Assembly: GCA_964650845.1 (NCBI GenBank)
Contig: CAZYXR010000005.1
Coordinates: 1-52,456 of the forward strand
DNA length: 52,456 nt
DNA from: an uncultured Chitinophagaceae bacterium
Lineage (GTDB): Bacteria > Bacteroidota > Bacteroidia > Chitinophagales > LD1
Reading direction: 5' to 3'
This document shows, in pieces, positions 34,311 through 45,128 of the stretch. Every line of letters begins with the position of its first letter. Position 1 is the stretch's first letter. Below the pieces are notes generated by a model, which saw only the letters and a list, made by a program, of their open reading frames with translations, was not told the origin of the DNA and searched no databases. The translations under genes and the position numbers were made by a program.

Positions 34311-35626
34311 CTTAATATCATACCTGCGCCAACGGTAACATTTGTGGCTTCATCTATAAGAATAAAACTTCCTGTTTCGCGATTTTTTGTGTAAGCATCA
34401 AACATCAATGGTGCAGTGGTGCGCAACGAAACTCTACCAACATCATTCATGCCAATAGAAGGGTTTTCGGCAATGCGCGAAAGTGTGCTAATATCCAATC
34501 GGTACTTTATTTCTTTTACTACACAACGTGCATCTTTCGTAGTTTGCTTTATTGCATATTTTCCATTCAACTGAATTGGCTTATCGCCCATCCAACAAAT
34601 CATTGCTTCAACATCTTGGCTTTGGTGCGGCTTATTTGCAGTGCGTACAATCATATCGCCACGCGAAACATCAATTTCATCCTCCAGCAATACTGTAACA
34701 CTCAATGGTGCAAATGCTTCTTCAATTTCATTTCCACCCAATTCAATGCGTTTAATTTTTGATGTAAATCCCGAGGGCATCACCACCACCTCATCGCCCG
34801 GGCGCAACACTCCGCTGCTCACCCTGCCTGCATAACCTCTATAATCATGAAATTCATCGTTGTAAGGGCGCACAACAAACTGTACCGGAAAACGCGCATC
34901 AATGTGATTATGGTCGCTGGCAATATGAATATTTTCTAACAAATACATTAGCGTAACACCATCATACCAAGGCGTATTTTGCGAACGATTCACCACGTTA
35001 TCGCCATTCAAAGCCGATATGGGGATAAAATGAAAATCTTTGATATTCAAGCGCGCAGCAAAGTTTTTATAATCAGTTACAATCTTATCAAAAACAGCTC
35101 TATCAAAATTCACCAAATCCATTTTATTGATGCACACTGCTACATGCGGAATACCTAACAACGAGGCAATTAAAGAATGGCGCATAGTTTGCTCAACCAC
35201 ACCATGTCTTGCGTCAATCAATATCAAAGCAAGGTTGGCGGTAGATGCACCGGTAACCATATTGCGCGTGTATTGAATATGCCCTGGCGTATCGGCAATA
35301 ATGAACTTCCGTTTAGGTGTAGAAAAATATCGGTAGGCAACATCAATAGTAATACCCTGCTCGCGCTCGGCACGCAGCCCATCGGTAAGCAATGCTAAAT
35401 TTACGGTTTGTTCACCACGCCTTTCGCTGGTAGCTTTCACCGATTCGTACTGGTCTTCAAAAATAGATTTGCTATCGTACAACAATCGTCCAATCAATGT
35501 GCTTTTGCCATCGTCCACACTGCCTGCTGTTGTAAACCGAAGCAGCTCCATGTTCATGTAGCTGTTACTGTCAAACACTCCGTTGCTGATATTGTGGTTA
35601 TTTATTACTTGAGTTACATTATCCAT
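34307..35626 (-). CDS. cysN: sulfate adenylyltransferase subunit 1 (GTPase)
   Basis: The G1 motif is GSVDDGKSTLIGRLL, with DTPGH and NKMD also present. The true start may be an internal Met (MNMELLRF). Confidence 0.9.
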   Translation of the reverse strand: MDNVTQVINNHNISNGVFDSNSYMNMELLRFTTAGSVDDGKSTLIGRLLYDSKSIFEDQYESVKATSERRGEQTVNLALLTDGLRAEREQGITIDVAYRYFSTPKRKFIIADTPGHIQYTRNMVTGASTANLALILIDARHGVVEQTMRHSLIASLLGIPHVAVCINKMDLVNFDRAVFDKIVTDYKNFAARLNIKDFHFIPISALNGDNVVNRSQNTPWYDGVTLMYLLENIHIASDHNHIDARFPVQFVVRPYNDEFHDYRGYAGRVSSGVLRPGDEVVVMPSGFTSKIKRIELGGNEIEEAFAPLSVTVLLEDEIDVSRGDMIVRTANKPHQSQDVEAMICWMGDKPIQLNGKYAIKQTTKDARCVVKEIKYRLDISTLSRIAENPSIGMNDVGRVSLRTTAPLMFDAYTKNRETGSFILIDEATNVTVGAGMILS

Positions 35627-35658
35627 TTTCTAAATCTTCAAATTCATCAATTTCCAAA

Positions 35659-36561
35659 TCAGAAGTATCCTTCTTTTTTTCTGTCTTCCATACTCGATTC
35701 ACTGCGCTTATCATCGGCTCGGCCACCACGCTCGGCTGTGCGCGCTGTGGCTACTTCGTATATTATCTCATCAATATTCGATGCCGTAGAAAGTGTAGCA
35801 CCTGTAGATGTAATATCGCCAATAGTGCGAAACCGCACTACTTTTTCTTCGGCTTGCTCCGTTGGTTTCATTTGTATTACAGGACTTTGGGCAAGCCACA
35901 TTCCATCGCGTTGAAACACGCTTCTTTTGTGTGAAAAATACAAACTGGGCAGCGGAATATTCTCCATTGCAAGGTATTGCCACACGTCTAACTCCGTCCA
36001 ATTTGAAATTGGAAAAACGCGAAAATGTTCGCCCTGATGTTTTCTGCCATTAAACAAGTTCCAAAGTTCCGGACGTTGATTTTTGGGATCCCACTGTCCA
36101 AATTCATCGCGATGCGAAAAGAACCTTTCTTTGGCTCTCGCTTTTTCTTCATCGCGCCTGGCACCACCAATGCAAGCATCAAATTTGTATTGCTCTATGG
36201 TATCTAAAAGTGTAGTAGTTTGCAGCCTGATGCGTGATGCACTATAGCCTTTTTCTTCGCTCACCTTGCCTGCATCAATACTTTCTTGCACAGAGCCTAC
36301 CACTAATTTCACTCCAAGTTGCTTCACAAGTTCATCGCGATACTGTAAGGTTTCAACAAAATTATGTCCGGTATCTACATGTACCAAAGGAAAAGGAATA
36401 GGAGCAGGATAAAAGGCCTTCCTCGTTAGGTACGTTACCACTATCGAATCCTTTCCGCCACTAAAAAGTATAGCAGCATTTTGAAATTGCGCAGCTACTT
36501 CGCGCAGCACAAAAATAGCTTCAGACTCAAGTGCTCTGAGATGATTAACGTTGTAAGACAT
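35659..36561 (-). CDS. cysD: sulfate adenylyltransferase subunit 2
   Basis: LRALESEAIFVLREVAA, the PP-loop-like FSGGKDS and the C-terminal EDRKKEGYF are typical of CysD. Confidence 0.95.
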   Translation of the reverse strand: MSYNVNHLRALESEAIFVLREVAAQFQNAAILFSGGKDSIVVTYLTRKAFYPAPIPFPLVHVDTGHNFVETLQYRDELVKQLGVKLVVGSVQESIDAGKVSEEKGYSASRIRLQTTTLLDTIEQYKFDACIGGARRDEEKARAKERFFSHRDEFGQWDPKNQRPELWNLFNGRKHQGEHFRVFPISNWTELDVWQYLAMENIPLPSLYFSHKRSVFQRDGMWLAQSPVIQMKPTEQAEEKVVRFRTIGDITSTGATLSTASNIDEIIYEVATARTAERGGRADDKRSESSMEDRKKEGYF

Positions 36562-36570
36562 ATAGTAAAC

Positions 36571-37212
36571 TCAAATGTTGTAATTCTCGAATTGGGATTT
36601 TGTATTGTCTTGATGACGAAGTAGCGGCAACACAAATTGCAGCACTTCATTAAAAGAATCATAAATGCTTTTTTGTTTGGTAGAAACTATCAAGTCTGGA
36701 TTTTCTGGAATCTCAAACGGTGCATTTACTCCTGTAAAGTTTTGTATTTCACCGCGCCTTGCTTTTGCATACAATCCTTTCACATCTCGCCTCTCGCATT
36801 CTTCAATAGGTGTATCCAGAAAGATATGTATCAAATCTTCCGTACCAATAATTTCCGCTGCAAGTTTTCTGTACTCTTCTAATGGTGTAATGAAAGAGCA
36901 AATGGTAATAACGCCTGCATCTAAAAAGAGTTTTGCCGTTTCGGCAATTCTGCGAATGTTTTCCCTTCTTTCTGCTTCGGAAAAACCGAGATTGTTGCTG
37001 ATGCCGGTGCGCACATTATCGCCATCCAACACCATACATTTGTAATTGTTCAGGTACAGTTCATACTCCAATGCCCGCGCAATGGTGCTTTTGCCAGAAC
37101 CCGACAAGCCTGTAATCCAAACAACTTTAGAATACTGTTGTAAACTTCTTTCGCGCTCCTTACGCGAAAGCAGCTTATCGAAAACCGGATGAATGTTGTC
37201 TGATTTTGACAT
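36571..37212 (-). CDS. cysC: adenylyl-sulfate (APS) kinase
   Basis: The P-loop is WITGLSGSGKSTIA, followed by LDGDNVR. The start is taken at MSKSDN (ATG 37212) rather than the TTG at 37230. Confidence 0.9.
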   Translation of the reverse strand: MSKSDNIHPVFDKLLSRKERERSLQQYSKVVWITGLSGSGKSTIARALEYELYLNNYKCMVLDGDNVRTGISNNLGFSEAERRENIRRIAETAKLFLDAGVITICSFITPLEEYRKLAAEIIGTEDLIHIFLDTPIEECERRDVKGLYAKARRGEIQNFTGVNAPFEIPENPDLIVSTKQKSIYDSFNEVLQFVLPLLRHQDNTKSQFENYNI

Positions 37213-37348
37213 GAAGTGGCGAAAGTACAATAGTCTATCAATTTAGTGGGAATTAAATCGAGTATGCTTTAGAGATTCTTTCTGTTAATGAATAAATAAG
37301 AACAAAGAGTGTGCAACATGATTCTACCTTAGCAGAAAAATAAGTTTT

Positions 37349-38266
37349 ATGAAACACCTTCTTACATTCCTTTTTATTTCTTTTTGTATTGTTAAAGCAG
37401 ATGCACAACCCGTTCCTGTTGGTCATCTCACCATCTTTTCCGAAGATGGCGACAAGTTTTTTTTGATACTGAATGGCGAGCGGCAAAATAATGTAGCAGA
37501 AACCAACCTTCGTATTGAAGACCTTAACCAACCATACTACAACGCCAAAATAATATTTGAGGATAAGGCTCTTTTAGAAATCAATAAAAACTACTTGCAA
37601 ATTGCAGATGCCGAAGGAAAATTTGCGGATGTAACCTATAAGATAAGAAAAGATAAAACAGGAAAACCTAAGTTGAATTATTTTTCGATGGTTCCCATAA
37701 GGCAAGGTTATGTTGCTCCAAGCAATGTAACAGTAGTGCATTATGGCCAGCCAACACCACCGCCTGCGGCAACTACAACAGTTTCGCATACAACAACTAC
37801 CCTCACAAATACTGAGGCAGTAAATGTAAATATTGGGATGCCTGGTGTTGGCATGAATGTTACCATTACAGACCCACTTTTGGGCGGCACATCAACTACC
37901 ACAACTACAACTGGATACAACGACCCTGCCGTGGGGCAACCAACACCGCCAACGCGCAATGTGGGTTGCAGAGGTGCTTATGCAATGAATACCAGCGACT
38001 TTCAAAGTGCATTAGCAAGCATCGGCAAGCAGGGCTTTGAAGAAACAAAGCTTTCTACTGCAAAAAATATTGCATCAAAACAATGTTTGAACACCAACCA
38101 AGTAGTGCAGATTTGTAAAACATTTGGGTTTGAACAAAGCAAATTAGACTTCGCAAAATTTGCATACAGCCGATGCAGCGAACCTGCAAACTATTTCAAG
38201 GTAAATGATGTTTTTGGCTTCAGTAGCAGTGTTGAGGAGTTGAACAACTTTACAAGCAATCAATAG
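37349..38266 (+). CDS. DUF4476-like secreted protein with Thr/Pro-rich linker
   Basis: The protein has a signal peptide. The C-terminal tandem helical repeats (F..AL..I....FE..KL..AK......C......V..I...F.FE..KL.FAK) match what I recall of DUF4476. Confidence 0.6.
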   Translation: MKHLLTFLFISFCIVKADAQPVPVGHLTIFSEDGDKFFLILNGERQNNVAETNLRIEDLNQPYYNAKIIFEDKALLEINKNYLQIADAEGKFADVTYKIRKDKTGKPKLNYFSMVPIRQGYVAPSNVTVVHYGQPTPPPAATTTVSHTTTTLTNTEAVNVNIGMPGVGMNVTITDPLLGGTSTTTTTTGYNDPAVGQPTPPTRNVGCRGAYAMNTSDFQSALASIGKQGFEETKLSTAKNIASKQCLNTNQVVQICKTFGFEQSKLDFAKFAYSRCSEPANYFKVNDVFGFSSSVEELNNFTSNQ

Positions 38267-38282
38267 CAATAAAACAAAGCTA

Positions 38283-38318
38283 AAAGGGCTTCTGTGAATT
38301 GAATCACAGAAGCCCTTT
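38283..38318. terminator. bidirectional rho-independent terminator between convergent genes
   Basis: A 15-bp perfect stem AAAGGGCTTCTGTGA/TCACAGAAGCCCTTT has a 6-nt loop. The A/T runs on both sides give U-tracts on either strand. Confidence 0.75.
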
Positions 38319-38339
38319 GCATATTTAAAATCCTCACTG

Positions 38340-41300
38340 CTATCTATTCCTGAACCACTCTCTTGTATTGTAACCAAGAATATACAAACAAGGTACTACC
38401 ATCAAGGTTAAGAAAGTAGCAACTACCAAACCGTAAACCATTGTCCAAGCTAAAGGCCCCCAAAATGCTACGTTATCGCCACCTACATAAAACTTAGGAT
38501 CGAACTCGCTAAACAAGGTTGCAAAATCCATATTCAACCCGATAGCCAAAGGAATCAAACCAAGTATTGCGGCAGAGGCGGTAAGAATTACAGGTGTCAT
38601 ACGTGTTGCGCCACCTTCTACAACGGCTTCTACCACACCCAAGCCACGTTGGCGCAATTCATCAATAAACTCTATCAAAAGAATTCCGTTTCGTATCACA
38701 ATACCTGCAAGTGCAAAAATACCAACACCTGTCATCACAACGCTAAACGGCACTCGGAAAATTGCAAAACCTAATGCCACACCTATCAATGAAAACAACA
38801 CAGTAGATGCAATAATTAAAGGCTTAACAACACTATTAAATTGTGTAACCAAAATCAAAAACATCAATGCAAATGCGCCCAAGAATGCCTTACCAAGGAA
38901 ATCGCTGGTTTCGGCTTGTTGCTCTTGCTCTCCGGTAAGTTTTACTTCGTAACCCTCTGGAATATCCATAGTGCTTACCAACTGCTCTATAAGCGGCACA
39001 ATAGCATTAGCAGATGCACCTTCGGTAACATCGCTGGAAAGTGTAACCACGCGTTTTTGATTTTTGCGGTTGATGGTGCTGATAGAGTTATCGTAGCGCA
39101 ATTTTGCCAATGATGAAATTGGTATTTGCTTAAACTGCCCCATAGACATATCGAAGAACGAAATATTCAAGTTCATTAACTCTTCGGCCTTGGTGCGATA
39201 CTGCGGTTGCAAGCGAATCATAATTGGCGCATCTTCGTTGGCATCGCGAAACTTGCTTGCCTCTTTACCAAACAATGCTGTACGCACTTCTACCGCGATT
39301 TGAGCCAACGACACTCCTTCGCGTTGTGCTTTTTCTCTATCTATATCAATAATAATTTCGGGCTTACTGATTTGCAAGTCGCTTTTCAACTCATCAATTC
39401 CTTCAATTCCCGAGCGATCAATTGCAGCTTTTATTTTTTGTGTAAGTGGTTCTAAAACTTCAAAGTCATCGCCACTAATTTCTATACTTATTGGTTTACC
39501 AACCGGTGGGCCATTGCGCTCAGGCTCCACAGAAATTGTAGCACCAGCTACACCGCGTTTTTTAAATTCCTCGCGAATGGCAGTAAGCCATTTAGAGGTG
39601 CGCACATCATTTCGTTCGGCATATTTTTTAAAGGCAACCGTAACTTTCGATTTGTTTGGAGTGGGTACTTTATCAGGATTTTGCGGATCGCCCGCACCCA
39701 AACCTACATTGGTAATTACCGAGGTAACATCTGGATTGCTTTCGCCAATTACTTTATAAACTCGTTGTTCAATTTCTTGTGTGATACTATCGGTTACCAC
39801 CGCATCGGTTCCTTGCGGCAATAAAGTATAAACGTAAACGAAGTTTGGCTCGCCACTTGGAAAGAACTCTATTTTAGGATTTGATGCCAAAAATATTCCC
39901 CAACTGATAATTAACGTTACCAAAACTCCAAGCGAAACATATAACGGACGACCGCCTTTAATAAGCCCACTCAACATGCTTCTGTAGGCGCCAATAAAAT
40001 TTGGCCAAATTGCCGTTTGCCAAGCAACAATTGCTTTGAACAAAACAAAGTGGTAAAACAAAATCATCAAAATAGCAAACACTGCAAAGTTGCCCAAACC
40101 GATGTTTCCAGTGATGTATGAAAGCAATGCAACAACTGTAAAAGCAATAAACCCTTTTGCATAATCTTTAAGTTTAGATGTTGCATTATGGTCGTCTTTT
40201 TCCATAAAACTAACAGCAAAAACAGGGTTAATTACAAAGGCAACAAATAGTGATGCACCTAAAGTTACAATCAATGTAACGGGTAGGTTTTTCATAAACT
40301 TACCCACAATACCGGGCCAAAAAAGCAACGGTACAAATGGCGCAAGGGTAGTGAGTGTTCCGGCCAAAACTGGTATAAACACTTCGCCTGCACCATACTT
40401 GGCAGCTTGCTCTATCTTGTACTCATACTTATTGAAAATACGATGCGTATTTTCAATAACCACAATTGCGTCATCTACCACTATCCCCAATGCAAGCAAG
40501 AAAGAGAACAACACCATTACGTTCATGGTCATGCCTAACCCAGGCATTAAAATAAATGCAACCAAACATGAAAGCGGCACCGACAAGCCCACAAAAAAAG
40601 CATTGCTGAAACCCATAAAAAACATCAATACAAACACCACAAAAATGAAACCGAGAATTACGGTATTCAACAATTCGTGTAGTTGCAATCTTGTATTATC
40701 CGAAGTATCTCCGGTTACTTTCACATGCAGCCCCTGCGGAAAGCGGTTGGCTTTAAACTCATCTATAATTTCATAAATCTGATCGGTAGCATGAATTAAG
40801 TTTTCGCCACTGCGCTTGATAACATTTAGTGTAACAACAGGCTTGTGATCGAGGCGTGCAAAGTCTTGGCGTTCTTTATAACCATCGGTAACGATTGCTA
40901 TATCTTTTAGGAATGCGCTATTACCCAAAAAAGAACGCACAACAATTTCACCCAACAACTTTGGGTCGCGAAACTCACCGGTAACACGAAGATTTCTGCG
41001 CAACTCGCCTACACGCAACTCGCCACCGCTAATGTTCATATTTTCGCGTTGAATGGCATTTTCAATATCCATAAATGTGATACCTACTGCTACCATTTTA
41101 TAAAGGTCAATTTCAACTTGCACCTCGCGGGTTAAGCCCCCCACAATATCTACACGGGTAATTTCCTTCAGCGATTCAATGCGATCTTGTAAATCTTCGC
41201 CTAAGTTTTTAATTTGATCTAAAGGCAACTCGCCCGCAAGATTTATGTTCATGATAGGCATTTCAGAAATATCGAATTCCTGAATCTGCGGGTCGTTATC

Positions 41301-41693
41301 TAAGTCGGTTGGCAAATCTTTTTTTCCTTTATCTACCGCATCGCTTACTTTTTGCTTGCACACCGTAGCGTCTAAATCTGTATTGAACTCTGCTACAATT
41401 AAAGAGAAGTCGCTAATAGAATTGCTTGTTACTTTTTTTACACCATTGATGGATTTTAACTGTTTCTCTAATGGTTTGGTAATAAGGTTTTCAACGTCTT
41501 GCGGAGTGGCCCCCGGGTAAATAGTAGCTACAGAAATTGTAGGTACCACTACATCCGGAAAAAGCTCTTTGGGCAAGCCTTGATAGGTAACAAAACCTAC
41601 TAAAGATATGATGATAGTGAACACATACACGGCAGTGCGATTATTAACGCACCAACTTGTAAAACTTAGTTCTTTAAGACGTTCCGTATTCAT
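38340..41693 (-). CDS. RND efflux transporter permease (AcrB/HAE1 family)
   Basis: The protein is 1117 aa with 12-TM topology and two large periplasmic loops. Conserved blocks include VVDDAIVVIEN and GIVIRNGILLIEF. Confidence 0.95.
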   Translation of the reverse strand: MNTERLKELSFTSWCVNNRTAVYVFTIIISLVGFVTYQGLPKELFPDVVVPTISVATIYPGATPQDVENLITKPLEKQLKSINGVKKVTSNSISDFSLIVAEFNTDLDATVCKQKVSDAVDKGKKDLPTDLDNDPQIQEFDISEMPIMNINLAGELPLDQIKNLGEDLQDRIESLKEITRVDIVGGLTREVQVEIDLYKMVAVGITFMDIENAIQRENMNISGGELRVGELRRNLRVTGEFRDPKLLGEIVVRSFLGNSAFLKDIAIVTDGYKERQDFARLDHKPVVTLNVIKRSGENLIHATDQIYEIIDEFKANRFPQGLHVKVTGDTSDNTRLQLHELLNTVILGFIFVVFVLMFFMGFSNAFFVGLSVPLSCLVAFILMPGLGMTMNVMVLFSFLLALGIVVDDAIVVIENTHRIFNKYEYKIEQAAKYGAGEVFIPVLAGTLTTLAPFVPLLFWPGIVGKFMKNLPVTLIVTLGASLFVAFVINPVFAVSFMEKDDHNATSKLKDYAKGFIAFTVVALLSYITGNIGLGNFAVFAILMILFYHFVLFKAIVAWQTAIWPNFIGAYRSMLSGLIKGGRPLYVSLGVLVTLIISWGIFLASNPKIEFFPSGEPNFVYVYTLLPQGTDAVVTDSITQEIEQRVYKVIGESNPDVTSVITNVGLGAGDPQNPDKVPTPNKSKVTVAFKKYAERNDVRTSKWLTAIREEFKKRGVAGATISVEPERNGPPVGKPISIEISGDDFEVLEPLTQKIKAAIDRSGIEGIDELKSDLQISKPEIIIDIDREKAQREGVSLAQIAVEVRTALFGKEASKFRDANEDAPIMIRLQPQYRTKAEELMNLNISFFDMSMGQFKQIPISSLAKLRYDNSISTINRKNQKRVVTLSSDVTEGASANAIVPLIEQLVSTMDIPEGYEVKLTGEQEQQAETSDFLGKAFLGAFALMFLILVTQFNSVVKPLIIASTVLFSLIGVALGFAIFRVPFSVVMTGVGIFALAGIVIRNGILLIEFIDELRQRGLGVVEAVVEGGATRMTPVILTASAAILGLIPLAIGLNMDFATLFSEFDPKFYVGGDNVAFWGPLAWTMVYGLVVATFLTLMVVPCLYILGYNTREWFRNR

Positions 41694-41795
41694 TTGAATA
41701 GATTGAATTTTTTGTAATAGGGCGAATGCTATTTTCGGCTTCTGAGAATCAAATACTCAGCAACACATTTATTGATTCTGTACTTCTTCAACTTC

Positions 41796-42947
41796 TTAAT
41801 CGGTTATCAATTGGCCATCTACCAACTCGCTAAAACCGAAGGTAATAACACGGTCTCCAGCCTTTAACCCCTCCTCCACTACTGTTTTGCCGTCATAATC
41901 GGTACTTACTTTTACCGAGCGCTTGCGGGCAAACAGTTTACCATTTTCGGCTTCTGCAATCAAAACATATATACCATCAACCGAGCGTTGAACAACGTTT
42001 GAAGGCACTACCAATACATTCTTTTTTATTTCATCATTTATTAAAAGCTTGGCAATCATATTGGCGGCATATTCACCTTTGTTATTATCCAACTTCGCTT
42101 CGATGTTGAAGGTGCGATTTACCTGATTTACAACTTGCCCTGCATAGCTGATTACCGATTCAACAGTTTTGTTCAAATCGGGAAAGAACACAGTTACTTT
42201 ATCATTTTGGCGCACTCTGCCGATGTAGCTATCGCTAACACGTGCTTTCAAAACCAATTTGCTTGTATTCACCACTCTGATGCCCGGCATGGCTGCGCTT
42301 GGTGCTGCCATATCGCCCAATTTCAAACGCACTTCATCCACAGTGCCATTTATAGGCGATTTCACTTTCGTCATTTCAAGCTGTGCAGCTTGAGCCTTCA
42401 TTTGTTTTTCTAAAGTCTCTTTTTGTGTTTTTGCTTGCAAGTATTGTATCTCGCTACCGATGTTTTGCTCCCACAAGCGTTTTTGTCTTTCGTAGGCTGT
42501 GGTGGCTAAATCCAAACCGGTTTGCATGGCTTCTAAACCACGTTCGTAGGCGCTGCCATCGGTAGTTGCTAGCACTTGGCCTTTTGAAACTCTATCTCCG
42601 GGCTTTACAAGAATTGCTGTTACCACACCCGGCATTTGATTGATTGCAAGCACGTTTTCGTCTGCATCAACAGTACCTTGCACTTCTATAAAGTGATTAA
42701 AGTCGGTAGGTTTTAGTGTATCAACTTTTACTAATTTAATTTTCTGTTCTACTTTAAAAGATGTATCAATTTTAGAAATACTGGTTTCTAAACTTGCTAT
42801 TTTCTGTTGCAGTTCTTTCAATTGCAATTTCGATTCCGAAAGCAACTTTTTCTTTCCTTCCAAGTCTTTGGGTTCGCCCCCTCCGCCACAAGCGGTAAAA
42901 AAAGCTGTTGCACATGCTATGGCAATAATGTTGTGTCTATTTTTCAT
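41796..42947 (-). CDS. RND efflux periplasmic adaptor (MFP/HlyD family) lipoprotein
   Basis: The lipobox is FFTACGG. A coiled-coil hairpin and barrel-sandwich blocks (GQVLATTD..., INGTVDEV) are present. Confidence 0.9.
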   Translation of the reverse strand: MKNRHNIIAIACATAFFTACGGGGEPKDLEGKKKLLSESKLQLKELQQKIASLETSISKIDTSFKVEQKIKLVKVDTLKPTDFNHFIEVQGTVDADENVLAINQMPGVVTAILVKPGDRVSKGQVLATTDGSAYERGLEAMQTGLDLATTAYERQKRLWEQNIGSEIQYLQAKTQKETLEKQMKAQAAQLEMTKVKSPINGTVDEVRLKLGDMAAPSAAMPGIRVVNTSKLVLKARVSDSYIGRVRQNDKVTVFFPDLNKTVESVISYAGQVVNQVNRTFNIEAKLDNNKGEYAANMIAKLLINDEIKKNVLVVPSNVVQRSVDGIYVLIAEAENGKLFARKRSVKVSTDYDGKTVVEEGLKAGDRVITFGFSELVDGQLITD

Positions 42948-42997
42948 TGATGATGATTTCTGTTTTTTTGAATTGTGTCATGGTGTCAAAGTATATT

Positions 42998-44455
42998 CTA
43001 CCTAACACCCAAAGCTTTGTCCATATCGGCTTTAGTGTTCAATAAGCCCACTTGAGCCTGTATGTATTTCAGCTTGTTTTGAATTAAATCTTGTTGCGCC
43101 TGAACCAGTTCAAAGCTATTGCCAATACCTTCTTTAAACTTTACATTGGTAGTTTTAAAAATCTTTTCGCTTAACTCAACACTCTTTTTTGTGTAAAACT
43201 CTTCGTTGATGGCTTGGGTAAAAAATGCTTGCGAACTTTGCACCTGCAATGCTGCAGCACGTTGAAAATTCTCGAAATCGTTTTTCTGTTTTTGTTCGTC
43301 AAGCTTTCCTTGTTGCACGTTTGCCATTCTGTTGCCGCTATCAAAAATCGGAATGCTCAACTTCAAGCCAACAATACCCGATTGAAACCATGGACTTTTG
43401 CGAACAACATCACCATCGGGATAGGTGGTTTCGGTCTTCTTACCAAGGTCGCCAAACTTATTTACCTGTGCTTGCCAACCGTAATTTAAAAAACCTACCA
43501 ACGAAGGAAAATGCCCGCTTCTGCGTTGTTGCACATCATAGCCGCGAATGCGAACTGCGGTTTCTAACATTTCGTATTCTATACGTTGTGTGGCTTGAAA
43601 GTTATTTACTATTTGCGGATCAATTTTATCGCGCAAAGTGCTGATACTTTCGGTAAGAATAATAGCATCAGTTAAGTTCAATCCCATTTGAAACTTCATG
43701 TTTGCCAATGCAACCTCCGCCAACTGGTTTGTAGAGTTTATTTGGCTTTCAAGATTGGTTAATGCCAACTCTAACCTATTTACATCCAGCTCCTCCGTCA
43801 ATCCTTCTTTATAAATCTTTCGTGTATCGTTAGTAAGTTTTAGCACCAAGTCTTTTACTTCGGCAAGGTATGCTTTGCTTTCGCTGGCTGCTTGTGCCTG
43901 GTAATAGGCTTTCATGATGTTATACTTTACATCTTGATCGCTTAGGTCTTTTTGCAACCGTGCAGCACGGGTAAAATCGCGGGTTGCTTTTAATCCAATA
44001 AAATATCTGCCATCCAAAATCACCTGCGTAAGTTGAATATTGGTTGAAAGATTATGCGGCAACACAAAACTTATCTTTTGGTCTTTACTTGCAATAGCGC
44101 TGTTGTAAAGTATCTGCCGGATATTCGGGTCAAATTGCGACAAATAACCAAACACTTGTGTTGTAGGGCTGTTTGGGTCATTAAACAATATATCGGCCGC
44201 AGGAAAAATAGGCTGTTTGAAGTAATAAGTATAATCAACCCCCGCAGTAATAGTTGGCAAGCCTGCCGATTTAATTTCCCAATTGCGCCAACGGGCTTTA
44301 TCTACTTCTAACTTTGCATTTTTAGCATCGTTGTTGTTTTGAAGCGCATATTGAATAGCATCTTGCAATGAAAAGGCTTTTACAAAATCTGGCTGTTGAG
44401 CAAATAAAATCAAGCTACTAAATGTAGCAAGTATGGTAAAGTACAATTGTTTCAT
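42998..44455 (-). CDS. TolC-family outer membrane efflux protein
   Basis: The protein shows the two-fold internal repeat of the OEP family and a signal peptide MKQLYFTILATFSSLILFAQ. It is the first structural gene after the TetR gene. Confidence 0.85.
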   Translation of the reverse strand: MKQLYFTILATFSSLILFAQQPDFVKAFSLQDAIQYALQNNNDAKNAKLEVDKARWRNWEIKSAGLPTITAGVDYTYYFKQPIFPAADILFNDPNSPTTQVFGYLSQFDPNIRQILYNSAIASKDQKISFVLPHNLSTNIQLTQVILDGRYFIGLKATRDFTRAARLQKDLSDQDVKYNIMKAYYQAQAASESKAYLAEVKDLVLKLTNDTRKIYKEGLTEELDVNRLELALTNLESQINSTNQLAEVALANMKFQMGLNLTDAIILTESISTLRDKIDPQIVNNFQATQRIEYEMLETAVRIRGYDVQQRRSGHFPSLVGFLNYGWQAQVNKFGDLGKKTETTYPDGDVVRKSPWFQSGIVGLKLSIPIFDSGNRMANVQQGKLDEQKQKNDFENFQRAAALQVQSSQAFFTQAINEEFYTKKSVELSEKIFKTTNVKFKEGIGNSFELVQAQQDLIQNKLKYIQAQVGLLNTKADMDKALGVR

Positions 44456-44484
44456 ACGATGGTGCTTAGACGGCAATGCATCTA

Positions 44485-45120
44485 TTATATTTTAATTAAG
44501 TTCAGTTCCTTTTGTTTGTTCAATTCTGCCAACCCTTTTTCGGTAACAATGGCGCGCAAATGATAATCTATATACGCTTTCAATATCTCAACAAATGAAT
44601 ATTGAGCTACCGGAAACAGACTTTGATCAACCAATACTTTCAACATTCCGATGTAAATTTTTGCTATCACATCTTTATTAAAATCGTTTCGGTAAAAACC
44701 ATCCTGCGCACCTTTGTCTAAGTTCCTCAACAAGCAGCTATGCAAAAAAGTAGTGCGATGCTGAGAGAACATTTGAAAACTTTCGGGGTAATGTTTTTGC
44801 ATATCAAAAAGCGACTCGGGGTTAAAATCCTCAGTCTGCTCCAATGCTCTATTGATTATCAATACCAACTCATGCAATGGATTTTCGGCTTGTTGATTAA
44901 TACTATCAAGACTTTGATGTTCGCTTTGAATGTATCTCTCTATCACTTCGTTTACCAGCTGCGATTTATCGCGCACCATCACATAAATAGTTTTCTTGCT
45001 CATCTTCAATGATTTTGCAATCATATCCATGGTAAGATTCTTGATGCCGTGTGTCGTAAACAGCTTTTGCGCCTGATTAAGGAGCAATTCCCGTTGTTCT
45101 AAATTAACAGTACTTCTCAT
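44485..45120 (-). CDS. TetR/AcrR-family transcriptional regulator
   Basis: The HTH is LFTTHGIKNLTMDMIAKSLKMSKKTIY. The ATG at 45120 is preferred because a perfect -7 box lies inside the longer ORF. Confidence 0.85.
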   Translation of the reverse strand: MRSTVNLEQRELLLNQAQKLFTTHGIKNLTMDMIAKSLKMSKKTIYVMVRDKSQLVNEVIERYIQSEHQSLDSINQQAENPLHELVLIINRALEQTEDFNPESLFDMQKHYPESFQMFSQHRTTFLHSCLLRNLDKGAQDGFYRNDFNKDVIAKIYIGMLKVLVDQSLFPVAQYSFVEILKAYIDYHLRAIVTEKGLAELNKQKELNLIKI

Positions 45121-45128
45121 TGCGGCCG

